Shown here: in pieces, positions 20,801-30,139 of the stretch | How positions within the stretch are numbered: position 1 is the first letter of the stretch | How the letters are laid out: each line of letters starts with the position of its first letter | Virus record (IMG/VR): IMGVR_UViG_3300044970_002959 | Location: 1-64,000 of that record | DNA: 64,000 nt | Strand: one strand, 5' to 3' | Source of the DNA: a virus | Translations under genes and position numbers: made by a program | Notes under the pieces: model-generated | Database searches by the model: none | Seen by the model: the letters and a program-made list of their open reading frames with translations, nothing else | What the model was told of the DNA's origin: nothing

Positions 20801-23800
20801 AGACCAGCTAGAGGCACAGGAACACTAGACCCAGCACAAATAATGCAAAGAATGCTTGAGAAAGAAGCAGAAGCGGCAAATATTCAAAAACAACTAGATC
20901 AAGAGAGGCCATCTGTTGATAGTGCTAGATTCAAAGAACTAAATTCTTCTCTGGCCAGAACAACAGCAGAGGCCAGAAATCTACAAACAGCCCACCAGAA
21001 ACTAGCAACAGACTCTAGTAGAGCCTCCAACGCTCTTGCTAAAATTGGTGAGATTAGACAGCAGAACGAAAATAGACAATCGATGTTTTTAGAAATATTG
21101 AAAAATGCGAACAACCCAGAATGGCAAATGGAGTTCATCAATAGCGTTGATAACTATCAAAGAGTTATGGCTGGGCAAAATGTTGGGCCGGATGGATGGG
21201 CCAGTGCGGTTCAGGGCTTAGAGAATGCTCTAAGAGCAAATCCAAGAGATGCCAAAGACATACAGGAAAAATTTATACAGAATGCTGCGAATCTACAAGG
21301 ACTAGATAAAAATTTCGTTCAAAATATGATGAATTCAATAGGTATTGGGCTTGGAGAACCATCACCAGAGATGAAGGGATTGATAGATGAATTCTATAGA
21401 TTTAATGAGGTGCAACAAGAGGCCATTAATCAGTCGGCAGAAAGGATTATTACTGCCGGTAAAGAATTTTTAACAGCTGTTAATCAGGCTGGCGCGAATT
21501 GGAACGCTACTGTTGGTGCTGGTGGACAAAGAGATCCTTCGGTAGTTAAACCAGCGAATCCACCACGGCTCGCTCGTGGCGGAGTTGTATATGCTCAAGA
21601 CGGTGGACATATGGTTAATTTCCAACCAAGAGGAACCGATACTGTTCCAGCTATGTTAACTCCCGGTGAGTTTGTTGTTAATCGCAAAGCTGCTGCTAAG
21701 AATATGGGTCTTCTTAAGGCTATTAATAGTGGAGCTAAGGGTTATAGTAGGGGGGGTATTGTTTACCTACAACAAGGTGGCTATGTTCCTAAAGACACTA
21801 CAATTGATGCAGATGCTAAGGCATTAGAAGTAGAGATGAATACTGAATATGCTGCTGTTGATCAAAAAATAGCAGAAAATGATGCATTAATGGCTTTATT
21901 AAGGAGTGACTATGCTAATATACCAGAAGGTCCTCAAAAAGAAGCTATTCTAGAGAAGATAAGACAAACATATGTTGCAAATGGCGAATTACAAACCCAA
22001 AGAAAACAAATCGAGGAATCTTTTATACCAAGAATGGACCAAATTAGAGAAAGAAGAGATTTAGAAAGGGACAGAAGAATAGCTGGTACTGGTGAATTAA
22101 ATATGTTCGATATGGAGTCTCTAGATACTACTGATATTCCGGGAGATGAGCTTCGTTTCAAAGGAATGGATTTTGCCACTGGTAGGGTTGATCTTAATAG
22201 GTTGACACTCGAAGAACAGAAACAATACGAAACATATCAAGCAGAGGTAGAGAAGAGAAAACAAGCAAGAATACAAAAGGCAAAAGATCGCGTTGCGTCC
22301 GTAGACGGACCTCCAGCAGCCACATCATCAGCACCACAACAAGAACCCGAACTCACCAAAGACTTCTTAATTGGTGGTTACAAACCAAAACCCATTGGTA
22401 TGGGACCAGACTCAAATAAGCCCGATAGCGGAAAACCACCAATTCAAAGAGGTCCTTACGACCCAAATAAACCGGATGACGGCAGGCCAGCAATGGAGAT
22501 GTTGTCTGGTTCTGATGTAACGCCAGAAGAAAGAATAGCTGCTAGAAGAAATGCTGCTAGGCAAGCATACTTAGCAGATAAAAACCAAAAGAGAGCCAAC
22601 TTCTTAGCAAACAACCCTTTCTATGCAAAGAAAGAACAAGAAAAACAACAGAGAGCACAACAAGAGCAAAAAGATGCTCTAGCATGGAAACAAAAACAGT
22701 TAGGACCAAATGCCAAAATCAGCTCAGAAGAAACACAAGACATTATTAAAGAGCATAGGGCAATGAAGAGGGAGGAGAGAGCCAAGAAGGAAAGACTAGC
22801 TACCTATGGCACGGAAGACAAATTAAGTCCAGAAAAAGCTAGAGAAATATTAGATGAAAAGAGGGGCGCTGCATTAGCAAAAAGATTCGGATGGAAAGCA
22901 GACTCTATTGCTGGAACTTATGAGGGAGGAGACCGTCTTGAGCCACAAGAAGTAACTAGATTACCGGCTAAAGATAGGGAGCTTTTAACGCAATATCAAA
23001 ATGCCCAAATAGCAAAAGCAGCAGAAGCAGAAAGAAATAAGAAAAAATCCGAAATGGTTGCTGCTAGAGAGAAAGAAGACGCAACATTTAGAGCCTCTTT
23101 AGATAAAAAAGCCGAAGAAAGTATGGCTACCTATAGGAGCAACAAAGCAAAAGAAACCCAGCTACAGCAAGAGGCAGATAAAAAGAAACAAGAAGAAGCT
23201 GGCGCTGCTGCTATAGCAAAAAAGGCAGCTGATGAAAAGAGACTACAAGATAGTATCAAGGCACAAAATGCTGAGTACGAAGCTCAAAAACTAGCAAAAG
23301 AACAGAAAAAACTCAAAGAGGAAGCAGAAGCCAGAGACCTTAAAGAAGCACAAGTAACAGCAGTAGAGAATGCCGTACAAATAGATCCTGTATCAAGACA
23401 GATTATTAATATTAATCCAGATCAAGTAAACTCTAGAGTTGCTGAACTAAGAGAGAAAAAGAAGGCAAAGCTTGATCCATTTGTGGCCGGAGGCAAGCGT
23501 TCCGGAGCATCAAAACCACGCACAGAAGCAGATTTAGCAAAAATAGACCCAGAATTTGCTCAATTAAATAAGGAACTAGAAAGAGAAGAATTAGTAAAAG
23601 CTGGTATTGATAGAGCGAGAACTAAATTTGATGAAAAGAGAGCAGAAGAGAATCTTGCCACACAAGACAGATATGAAGAATTAAAATCGCTAGCAGATAA
23701 AAATAAACTTAGTCCGCAAGACTCACAAGAATATGCTACTCTAGCAATCAAGAGAGGAGTTAAGCCATCAGAAATTGCTGGTGGCGGAGCTGTTCGTGCG

Positions 23801-25795
23801 GAAAGAGTTCTAAGAGACGATGCTCTTGGATATGAAACTCGTCAACAACTAGAACAAACCGAATTAGATACCTATAGAAAGAAGTATGGAGAAAGAAAGT
23901 CTGTTATAGATCAAGTTCTAGATGAGGCAGCTGCTAGTGCTGGTAGTGGCGTTGAAGGTCTTACTGGCTCGAAGACACTTGGAACCATAGCTCAAACAGT
24001 AGCAAGAATTGGTGTTGGGGCGCTAGATCCCGCCGAAATGGCTGTGGGTATTGGTACTGGTGGTATTGGCAAAGCATTGTCTGCCGCACAAGATGTTGCC
24101 AACTCTGGTAAGGCAGTAGCTAATGCCAAAGGAATTGCTGCTAGAGCAGCGCAAAATCCATCAAGATACACGCCGGGAACGCTCAGACTACCCAAAAGCA
24201 CAAAAGCTGCCAATCCAAGAAGTGTACTAGATGAAGCTGGTAATTTTAGATCACAAAAAGATGTAGAGGCGGCTAGAGAAGCTCGTAAAATAGAGAGACA
24301 TGCTAGAAAAGATGCTGGAATAGCAAGAGCTGTTAAGGTTGAAGATCAAAAGGCATCGCAATTTTTAGAAGAGGCTGGGGACAGTGTTGATAATAGTGTG
24401 TCCTCATCGCCAAACGAAACAAAGGACTTGTCTCTTTTCGATGGAAGAGAGGTATCTCCAAACTCTGTTCCGTGGGTCGCCAGAGAAAAAACCAGAAGCA
24501 GTCTGGAGTTGGCCTGGGCCGTTGAAGATGGAAAAAAGATGGCAGAGAGTTTCAAAAGACAAGGTATAGAGATGCCAGACTTTACCTCCCCGTCTCCCGC
24601 TACAACAAGTAGAACCACAGCAGCAACAAGAGCAGCATCCACAAAAACAGGAGGCTCTACCAGAACATCGCTATCGCAAGCAATAGCGGAAGCAGACAAG
24701 GATGAGATACTCAAAAAATATGGTAGCGGCGGAGAAGGCAAATATGGTGGTAGCAATAGATACGATTTATCCAAAGAAGCTGCTGAAGGACCAATAACAG
24801 CGAAGGAACGCAAAGAAGCAATTAAGTCAGTTAAAGATGCTAAAAAAACAGCAGAGATTCGGGCAACCCAAAAGGCTTCTGCGGATAGAAGCGTAGAAGA
24901 GCAAACATACGCGGCTTTACAAAGATTAGAAAAAGATAAGTCTAATAGAAGATCTTTAGTTAGGTCTGGTGTCGGTGCTGCGGGAGCTGGAGCAGTAGCC
25001 TATAATAAGGATGCTTTAGCTAATGCTATAGTTTCAGAAGAAGAAATGCGCAGACAAATACGTAAGGCTAGAGGTATGAGTACCGGCGGTGTGGTTTATG
25101 CGGCAAAAGGCCAGTTAATTCCTTTTACCCCAAAGGGTACGGATACGGTTCCCGCTATGCTAACGCCGGGTGAATTTGTGATCAACCGTGCTGCCACACA
25201 AAAACACCTACCCTTATTAAAAGCTATTAATAATAATCAAGTACCAGGATATGCTAAAGGTGGCAAGGTTCGCTATTTTAGCGGTGGGTCAGATGGTCCT
25301 ATATCTCCTTCGTCCGGCGGTTCTGGGGGTGGTGGCGGTGTATCTAATATTAGTTTGGACACATCGGGCTTGGATACCGCTTTTAATTCTTTTGCTACTA
25401 ATGTAGAGTCACTAAAATCTGTAATGGACAGCTTTGCAGCAGCAGCATCTAGCATTAGCGGTGGTTTTAGCCAGTTAAGTCAATTGGAGGCTGGGGCAAA
25501 TAGGATTGGTACAGCAGCTACCTCGATTAGTGCAGCATCACAAACCTTCGGGTCTGTAATCGCTAACTTTAATACGTCGATAGCCGCTATGCAAGAGGCC
25601 TTTTCTAAGATTCCTAGCGCTGTAGATTTTAGAGTAAGTGGTTCGGTACCAATCAATATAACAGTAGATGTTAATGGTGGAGACGGATTACAAGATAGTT
25701 TAGCTCAATTCCAAGACCAAATTTTTACCGAAATTTCTAATGGAATTAGCAACGCAATGCCAGGTGTGAATATAAGTTTTACTCGAACAACTTAG
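14894..25795 (+). CDS. tail tape measure protein (3633 aa) with inserted cargo domains
   Basis: N-terminal TP901-like TMP core (LAQAG, ESAETIATGLRTIFTRI, GGFRQIGK), Gly/Ala hydrophobic segments and four DTVPA(M/L)LTPGEFV modules. Confidence 0.9.
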   Translation: MAAFNLTAELNIRGPSNLNRVVADIRRQLSTVSLDVNINPNTSRGIQAVTRDVRDLSAALRDAQSNAVALGAALRGIGGSFNNLSSSVNNIGNSLGRVSTSSTAVSTSIKAASSEMAEFGKQSALAIRRFAAFSVATGAVYTLGKAIASAYSEFVTFNQEFVRLQQVTDTTKAGLGGLASEITRLSTNLGVSSSELLNVSVTLAQAGLSAGETKQALEALAKSALAPSFDGLNETVEGSIALMRQFGIGAGELESALGSVNAVAAKFAVEASDIITAIQRTGGVFAAASQGVSQGKDALNEFLAVFTSVRATTRESAETIATGLRTIFTRIQRTSTIDSLKEFGITLTDLEGKFVGPFEAIRRLSDGLRTLDPRDLRFSEIVEELGGFRQIGKVIPLIQQFATAQQALSVAQKGSGSLANDAATAQEALAVRITKVREQFISLVRDIGQSSNFQAFADVSLKLASALISVADAAKDVLPALAAITAIRGVGALGQFFGGFSGGVSRRPRGFATGGVVPGSGNGDTVPAMLTPGEFVIRKKAVAAIGTSNLHRMNKYAGGGRVKKFARGGIANAPMVDDIIQTSGSILPKPSSIQDLIKAGGGGVDVDRTLIRTTGDKAYSSAPGSSKNAVLSKYFRDDENRLKDIQSSPLTSFGRALQQAIRAGELKAANVSIISKSRRTRGVPEYLSQLFGIPVQNMVFTQGGDKQPAMDAIRSKGPRANRVSRFALGGLVQRFAQKGTGSYRSGTVKPLSPEEQSELSGLLSLEKRWQDSGQKLRAFTSDKQSRLSQLKSRKELGGAQSDEIINGIKLSKTFGVSFLEGGAPDISATISDVLARGNATGVDKLREFIGNKQKARGARITTDGKSSTLSPGGKDIFDRQIMNGLPDLFDNAVAALPEPLRPGRGQVSTDQLISSSARQAVKGYFFEAFIRRASQNLLSDNDTTDAIFDFTGAGNKEALGRLFGGRFVTPNEFKVSPTPENIANAISKAIAISSPSALQYFNSGGSVEDTVPALLTPGEFVINKRAASRLGAAKLNQLNKADKVQGFNKGGVVQRFAGGGSVLPARPENPTRGNTTAVGAAIAAINEMSSALEALGLSASASSRLIEAGGAISIAVSERALQADVNRLRMAGASATDIYRAEQQLANVREQNANKLNTQQIMSGATGGTLQDIQTRAETERERLLDERRTIMASRGRTQQEIEETLANDTGFQDHVRRRSYETATTAVTGAPARSMRDAGVTGADIEQYVNQSMMDRRTLAQMDAQLIRTREQELRSSAAFASASSTEQRRMLGELRARNNEEIRERRNIVNQLAKDRGMTSGLTGAVGRGFRTTGALFGMGTFAENENVPGGGMGGRLNRFSAGAQRAGLGLSLAGGMIGNTIGDAIGGKTGAGIGAATSAFASSVGVGAMFGPVGALAGVVTGATAAIKAWTDAVSDATLAEEASKTEKASIKIQKGFEKLEKSTTNAESSSLIKDIVDNLRSTSGSFSRSVNSTTDKIAPASGWSGFFADLGNSTANITSEIASQGFESLGNILKSGLNLTGLTNMPIQDTPANFNGFRREIDTNQLGKEIAALARNSQVNRDLPQLFEQGLRKGRTFEQISAEIGPDSLASMKEIFAVSQGNETITSLMADRSAARQQLSQADTDEDRDRIKRRIDNLNKLIRRIAEESFNNDIKKSIVDKIAAEKKLEQAAASATVRINLFASVLNDISSAVNKAGVDFQAAQRQIEINLGSAFGDQVQMAGPDRRNENVLENMSAYSVEAIRSEIGKIGSDLKFNPAVVQEAQSAATNKKILETELPKILSEIAAKEKKGFDPEGSAAQVIRNRLSTVLEGKVDDPNAIISNVIAKITEKIQTNSRQGLTVEELSKDNNAINEILSSDTKTLEIFNNLIKMANDQVAALTASFNRFSGQLNRFSELQIQKENIGIEGENQLTQALGGNLSLFDMNEPFENAIDILTSRIGADGRPARGTGTLDPAQIMQRMLEKEAEAANIQKQLDQERPSVDSARFKELNSSLARTTAEARNLQTAHQKLATDSSRASNALAKIGEIRQQNENRQSMFLEILKNANNPEWQMEFINSVDNYQRVMAGQNVGPDGWASAVQGLENALRANPRDAKDIQEKFIQNAANLQGLDKNFVQNMMNSIGIGLGEPSPEMKGLIDEFYRFNEVQQEAINQSAERIITAGKEFLTAVNQAGANWNATVGAGGQRDPSVVKPANPPRLARGGVVYAQDGGHMVNFQPRGTDTVPAMLTPGEFVVNRKAAAKNMGLLKAINSGAKGYSRGGIVYLQQGGYVPKDTTIDADAKALEVEMNTEYAAVDQKIAENDALMALLRSDYANIPEGPQKEAILEKIRQTYVANGELQTQRKQIEESFIPRMDQIRERRDLERDRRIAGTGELNMFDMESLDTTDIPGDELRFKGMDFATGRVDLNRLTLEEQKQYETYQAEVEKRKQARIQKAKDRVASVDGPPAATSSAPQQEPELTKDFLIGGYKPKPIGMGPDSNKPDSGKPPIQRGPYDPNKPDDGRPAMEMLSGSDVTPEERIAARRNAARQAYLADKNQKRANFLANNPFYAKKEQEKQQRAQQEQKDALAWKQKQLGPNAKISSEETQDIIKEHRAMKREERAKKERLATYGTEDKLSPEKAREILDEKRGAALAKRFGWKADSIAGTYEGGDRLEPQEVTRLPAKDRELLTQYQNAQIAKAAEAERNKKKSEMVAAREKEDATFRASLDKKAEESMATYRSNKAKETQLQQEADKKKQEEAGAAAIAKKAADEKRLQDSIKAQNAEYEAQKLAKEQKKLKEEAEARDLKEAQVTAVENAVQIDPVSRQIININPDQVNSRVAELREKKKAKLDPFVAGGKRSGASKPRTEADLAKIDPEFAQLNKELEREELVKAGIDRARTKFDEKRAEENLATQDRYEELKSLADKNKLSPQDSQEYATLAIKRGVKPSEIAGGGAVRAERVLRDDALGYETRQQLEQTELDTYRKKYGERKSVIDQVLDEAAASAGSGVEGLTGSKTLGTIAQTVARIGVGALDPAEMAVGIGTGGIGKALSAAQDVANSGKAVANAKGIAARAAQNPSRYTPGTLRLPKSTKAANPRSVLDEAGNFRSQKDVEAAREARKIERHARKDAGIARAVKVEDQKASQFLEEAGDSVDNSVSSSPNETKDLSLFDGREVSPNSVPWVAREKTRSSLELAWAVEDGKKMAESFKRQGIEMPDFTSPSPATTSRTTAATRAASTKTGGSTRTSLSQAIAEADKDEILKKYGSGGEGKYGGSNRYDLSKEAAEGPITAKERKEAIKSVKDAKKTAEIRATQKASADRSVEEQTYAALQRLEKDKSNRRSLVRSGVGAAGAGAVAYNKDALANAIVSEEEMRRQIRKARGMSTGGVVYAAKGQLIPFTPKGTDTVPAMLTPGEFVINRAATQKHLPLLKAINNNQVPGYAKGGKVRYFSGGSDGPISPSSGGSGGGGGVSNISLDTSGLDTAFNSFATNVESLKSVMDSFAAAASSISGGFSQLSQLEAGANRIGTAATSISAASQTFGSVIANFNTSIAAMQEAFSKIPSAVDFRVSGSVPINITVDVNGGDGLQDSLAQFQDQIFTEISNGISNAMPGVNISFTRTT
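16463..25183 (+). repeat. four dispersed DTVPA(M/L)LTPGEFV(I/V) repeats in TMP (16463, 17918, 21638, 25142)
   Basis: Near-identical 14-aa peptide with synonymous codon divergence, each flanked by [FYLM]xxGG motifs. Confidence 0.95.
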
Positions 25796-25804
25796 GGAGC
25801 AACC

Positions 25805-28666
25805 ATGTCGATTAAATATTATGCTAATAAAGTACAAGAAACATCTAATACAACTACCACCATTAATCCCGGTGGCAACCTTGTGCTAAATGGCGCATCC
25901 GTAGGCTACAGGAGTTTGTCTGGCACTATAGGACCAAACAACAGCTTATCTTATTATATTTATCGTATAGACGCATCCGCTAATTTTGAATGGGAAATTG
26001 GTATTGGTTATATCTCTAGTAGCGGTGGAGTTAACCAGCTAGTAAGAGAAAAGGTAATAGCCTCTAGTACTGCTGGTGGATTTGTTGGTTTCACAGCAGG
26101 TACGAAATACATAGAACCAATTATTAGTCAAGATAGAGTCAACTCTTCTTTCGTTAACCTAGAAGAAAGATCATCAAGCTTCACAGCCCCGGTAGCATCC
26201 GCCACATATGTAATAGATGCTTCGTCAAATAATATTACTGTTTCTTTACCTAGCGTTTCCGGTATAGAGCCCGTTGTTTTGGGTTTCATGCTAAATAAGA
26301 CCATAGGAAATCAATTCGAACAATCTGGTGCTATTGAACTAGTTCCTAGCGGCACAGAAACCATCAATGGCACAAATTTACCATATGATATTTCTATTAA
26401 AAAAGACTATATACAATTAATATCTGTACCCTCTCAGAGCGGATGGTTGGTATTGGACCCTATCCAGGACTCTACCACAGCTTATGGTAATGTTGGTACT
26501 ATTCAATTTGCTAATAATCAAGCTTTTAGTGGAGTAGCTTCTTTGTCTTGGGAGCCAACCTCTAGCTCTTTATTAGTCGGTGGTTCTGGAACTATATTGT
26601 CCGCGGATGTAATAATCCCAACAGGTACGCAAACAGTTGTATTTAATGAACAATCATTAGATAAAGATTTCAGAGTAGAAGGTAGTGGCAGCACACACTT
26701 ATTATTCGTGGATGCTAGCACAAACAATGTTGGCATAAATACTTCGAACCTTACCGATAAACTAACCATCACATCAACTTCGGGCTCTGGTCTAACCATA
26801 CAAGCTAGTGGTGCTGGTCCCGCAATATCTCTTAAAAATACCGCTCTTAGTGGAGTAGCATCATCAAATACCATAGGAAGCATATCTTTTGATGCTCTAA
26901 ATAACTCGGGCAATCCTGTTCAATATGCAGAGATATATGGTAAAATATTATCTAATAATAGTCTATCAGAAGATTCTGTTGTTAATATAGATGTAAATAA
27001 AGATGGATCTAAAGAAACTGTAGCTTCTTTTAGTGCTAGCGGAGTTACTCTTGGCTTTAATAGCCAAAATGTTGATGGCATTTTGTTGGGTTCTGTTTCT
27101 AGTAATCAAGGAGATAATGTTGTTCTAGGTTACTATAATAATGTTTGCGGTAATAATTCGGTGGTTTTGGGAAATAATGCTGTTTTATCTACTGGCACTT
27201 TTGGTGGTATTATTGGTCTCGACCATACCGCATCTGGTAATAATGTGTGGATCATCGGCGGGTCGGGAGTAACAGCAACGGGCAATAATAGTGTATACCT
27301 AGCATTAAACAACAATACCTATGTAAAAATTGATAATCAGTCTAAGCTAAGATATACAACACAATCTACAGATAATGTTTCTATTGGCATTAATAATACT
27401 GCTATTTTAGCTAGTGGAGTAGAAGAGTCGTTGTCTATGGAGTTCGTGAACTCTTCTGGAGTACAAAAAACGGGCTTGTTAATATCTAGTCAAATAAACG
27501 GCGTGGTTGGCGGTTCGGAGAATACAGCACTAACCGCAAAAATTATTCAAGACGGAACTCAGTCTCAGGTCGTGAGAGTAGAGAAAAATAATGTTGTTAT
27601 TGGTAAAAACGCAACAGTAGGCAACAATGTTATTTATGGTCACGACAATTCTGTTCTATCTAGTGGTAATATAGTATATGGAAAAAATATCAATGCTAGT
27701 GGTACAAATAATGTATTGCTTGGTAAAAATATTAGTGGTAGCGGAAATAATATTACCGTATTAGGATCAGATAATACGTGTGGAGCATCGGGTAATCTTG
27801 GCGTGATAATGGTCGGAAACAACAATCTTGCTAATGAAGACTATGTTGTGGCTATAGGTGATAATAATGCTGCTAGTGGTCTTTATGCTATAGCTTGTGG
27901 ATATAATAACGGAGCACATGCGGAGTATTCTGTTGCTGTTGGCTCCGATAACTTGGCTTTATCTAGAGCTAGTGTGTTGGTTGGCAGAAGCAATAGCGCT
28001 AGTGGCACATCGTTAGATGCTTCTGTATTTGCTGTTGGTATTGGAAATACAGCTAGTATCAGCAACTCTGGAATTTTGGTTGGTTATGGTAATGAGCTTT
28101 ATGGATCTGGTGGCTTATTGTGTGGTACTGATTTGTATGCTTCTGGCAATAATAATATTGTTGTAGGAAGATCTTCTGATGTAGTTGGAACAAATAATGT
28201 AATAGTAGGCCATAATATTGCTTATTCTGGATCTAATAGCGTAGTTATTTCTGGTAGTGGATTGGTATCTTTATCTGTTGGCCCAGCTAGTTTAAATGTA
28301 GTTAGTAGTGGAGTGTTGTATTCTGGATATCCTACCACTGGCGGAGGCTCACCACTAGTAATAGAAAACAATATAATAAAAGCCTCTACCAGTTCCGAAA
28401 GATACAAAGAAAACATAAGGCCATACGACAAAGGCCTTGAAGACTTAATGAAATTGGATCCTGTTTATTTTAATTATAAAGGGAATCCAACAACCAGAGC
28501 TGGCTTAATAGCAGAAAAAGTTTCAGCGTCCGGCCTGGAAGAATTTGTTGTAAGAGAAGACAACGGGACTATAGAAAGCATTAATTATCATCATATGATA
28601 GTTTTATTAATTAATTCAATTAAAGAACTTCAGGCAGAAATTAATGAGCTTAAAAAAAATAACTAA
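25805..28666 (+). CDS. tail fibre/spike with beta-helix repeats and C-terminal peptidase S74 intramolecular chaperone
   Basis: N-terminal anchor (KVQETS..WEIGIG..F.AGTK), many N(V/S)hhG repeats, then SSERYKENI...GLIAE...INY..MIVLLINSIKELQAEINELK. Confidence 0.85.
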   Translation: MSIKYYANKVQETSNTTTTINPGGNLVLNGASVGYRSLSGTIGPNNSLSYYIYRIDASANFEWEIGIGYISSSGGVNQLVREKVIASSTAGGFVGFTAGTKYIEPIISQDRVNSSFVNLEERSSSFTAPVASATYVIDASSNNITVSLPSVSGIEPVVLGFMLNKTIGNQFEQSGAIELVPSGTETINGTNLPYDISIKKDYIQLISVPSQSGWLVLDPIQDSTTAYGNVGTIQFANNQAFSGVASLSWEPTSSSLLVGGSGTILSADVIIPTGTQTVVFNEQSLDKDFRVEGSGSTHLLFVDASTNNVGINTSNLTDKLTITSTSGSGLTIQASGAGPAISLKNTALSGVASSNTIGSISFDALNNSGNPVQYAEIYGKILSNNSLSEDSVVNIDVNKDGSKETVASFSASGVTLGFNSQNVDGILLGSVSSNQGDNVVLGYYNNVCGNNSVVLGNNAVLSTGTFGGIIGLDHTASGNNVWIIGGSGVTATGNNSVYLALNNNTYVKIDNQSKLRYTTQSTDNVSIGINNTAILASGVEESLSMEFVNSSGVQKTGLLISSQINGVVGGSENTALTAKIIQDGTQSQVVRVEKNNVVIGKNATVGNNVIYGHDNSVLSSGNIVYGKNINASGTNNVLLGKNISGSGNNITVLGSDNTCGASGNLGVIMVGNNNLANEDYVVAIGDNNAASGLYAIACGYNNGAHAEYSVAVGSDNLALSRASVLVGRSNSASGTSLDASVFAVGIGNTASISNSGILVGYGNELYGSGGLLCGTDLYASGNNNIVVGRSSDVVGTNNVIVGHNIAYSGSNSVVISGSGLVSLSVGPASLNVVSSGVLYSGYPTTGGGSPLVIENNIIKASTSSERYKENIRPYDKGLEDLMKLDPVYFNYKGNPTTRAGLIAEKVSASGLEEFVVREDNGTIESINYHHMIVLLINSIKELQAEINELKKNN

Positions 28667-28695
28667 TTTTAGTTAGATTATCATAGGATTTATTT

Positions 28696-30138
28696 ATGTC
28701 TATAACAATAGGAGAAGCAACTCTGGACTCAACATCAACGCCTATGGTCAAGGTAGCGTATGATTACTTCAAAAGTAAGTCCGGAGAGGTTTTAGGCGGT
28801 AATACCATCTTTACTATTAGCGGTACGGTTACTGTCGAGGATGGAGGACTGTCTGGTTCTTCGGTAATGACAAAACTAAAAAGCATAAGAGATATGGGTA
28901 AGCAGAGTACCTGTGTGCCTGTGAATATTCCTGGATTTTTTAATGGGCAGGGTAGAATTTCCAATGTAAGCATAGAACAAGGTCCCGATCCAACATGGGT
29001 TAATCAGGGTGGATATAGTATTGAGGTGAGAACACCTATCGAGAATTTGCCCCCTAATAGTTTAGGAATTACAAAAGATGATTGCGTTACAGACCTTAGC
29101 ATATCGGAAAGTATAGAAATAGGTGAAGAATCTCATGGAATTATTATAGATTCTATGGGTAGTTCTTTTGTTAAGTTTACGAACAAGATTAGCGTTACTT
29201 GCAAGCCTTTGTGTTCTAGTAGCGGAACCCCCTTTAGTAAAGCTTTAGGGGTTGTGAAAAGACTCATAAAAATTGGTCCGCAAAATGATATTTTTTCTGA
29301 ATATAAAAACTGGAAAATATGCTTACAAGATAGAACACTAGAAATGAGTTCCGAAGGAAGTTTAAATTTTTCATCTACTATAATAATGCTACCTCCAACA
29401 ACCACACATCTTGCATTAGTAAACTTAAGTTTTGGTAGCAGCAGATCCTATGATTCCGAAACGCAAACAAAAACCATATCCGGAACTATTACTGGCTTGG
29501 CGCCGATATCTTGGTCAGACTTAGTGAATTTGGGAGATACTTGCTCCGCCTCAAAAATAGCCAATGCCGATGCTGCTCTATCAGAGATTAAAGGTAGATA
29601 TAGAGATGTATCTTCTTGGGACGGAATGGATTTGCTTTTAACCAGAACGGCTAACTGTCCGGAAACATCCACTAATATCCCTACCGGCCAATGCGGTAAT
29701 TCTACACAGCCACAGGTAGGATGTTTAGAGCCGTCAAACTCTACTATTTCCAAAAATAGAACAGAAGGATCTATTAATTTTAGTTTTGAGTGGGCGAGCA
29801 CGGAATCTGGTCAGTGTGCGAGCGAAGGAAATAAAACAGAAGTGATTATTGATGTTGATGATCCTCAACCAACACTAGTAGAACATAGTATCATTGGTCA
29901 CGGAACATCTATACAGAATATCAATTGCAAAACAGCCAAGCGCGTGTCTGGTACACTTACCATTACATCTCAAGGAGGAGGATGTCCATCTCCGGCCAAC
30001 TGTTCATCAGGATCAGATAATCTTATGGAGCAGATTAATCAACACACCGGAGACGGTACCTATTATACTATCGGTCATACAGAGACCCAAACACTTAATT
30101 CGTATAGCTTAAAAATAGATCTTATTAAGGGTTGCTAA
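28696..30138 (+). CDS. putative tail-tip/distal tail protein, Cys-rich
   Basis: Position after TMP and fibre; repeated 'TISGT(V/I)' strands; paralog of the next gene. Confidence 0.45.
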   Translation: MSITIGEATLDSTSTPMVKVAYDYFKSKSGEVLGGNTIFTISGTVTVEDGGLSGSSVMTKLKSIRDMGKQSTCVPVNIPGFFNGQGRISNVSIEQGPDPTWVNQGGYSIEVRTPIENLPPNSLGITKDDCVTDLSISESIEIGEESHGIIIDSMGSSFVKFTNKISVTCKPLCSSSGTPFSKALGVVKRLIKIGPQNDIFSEYKNWKICLQDRTLEMSSEGSLNFSSTIIMLPPTTTHLALVNLSFGSSRSYDSETQTKTISGTITGLAPISWSDLVNLGDTCSASKIANADAALSEIKGRYRDVSSWDGMDLLLTRTANCPETSTNIPTGQCGNSTQPQVGCLEPSNSTISKNRTEGSINFSFEWASTESGQCASEGNKTEVIIDVDDPQPTLVEHSIIGHGTSIQNINCKTAKRVSGTLTITSQGGGCPSPANCSSGSDNLMEQINQHTGDGTYYTIGHTETQTLNSYSLKIDLIKGC

Positions 30139-30139
30139 A

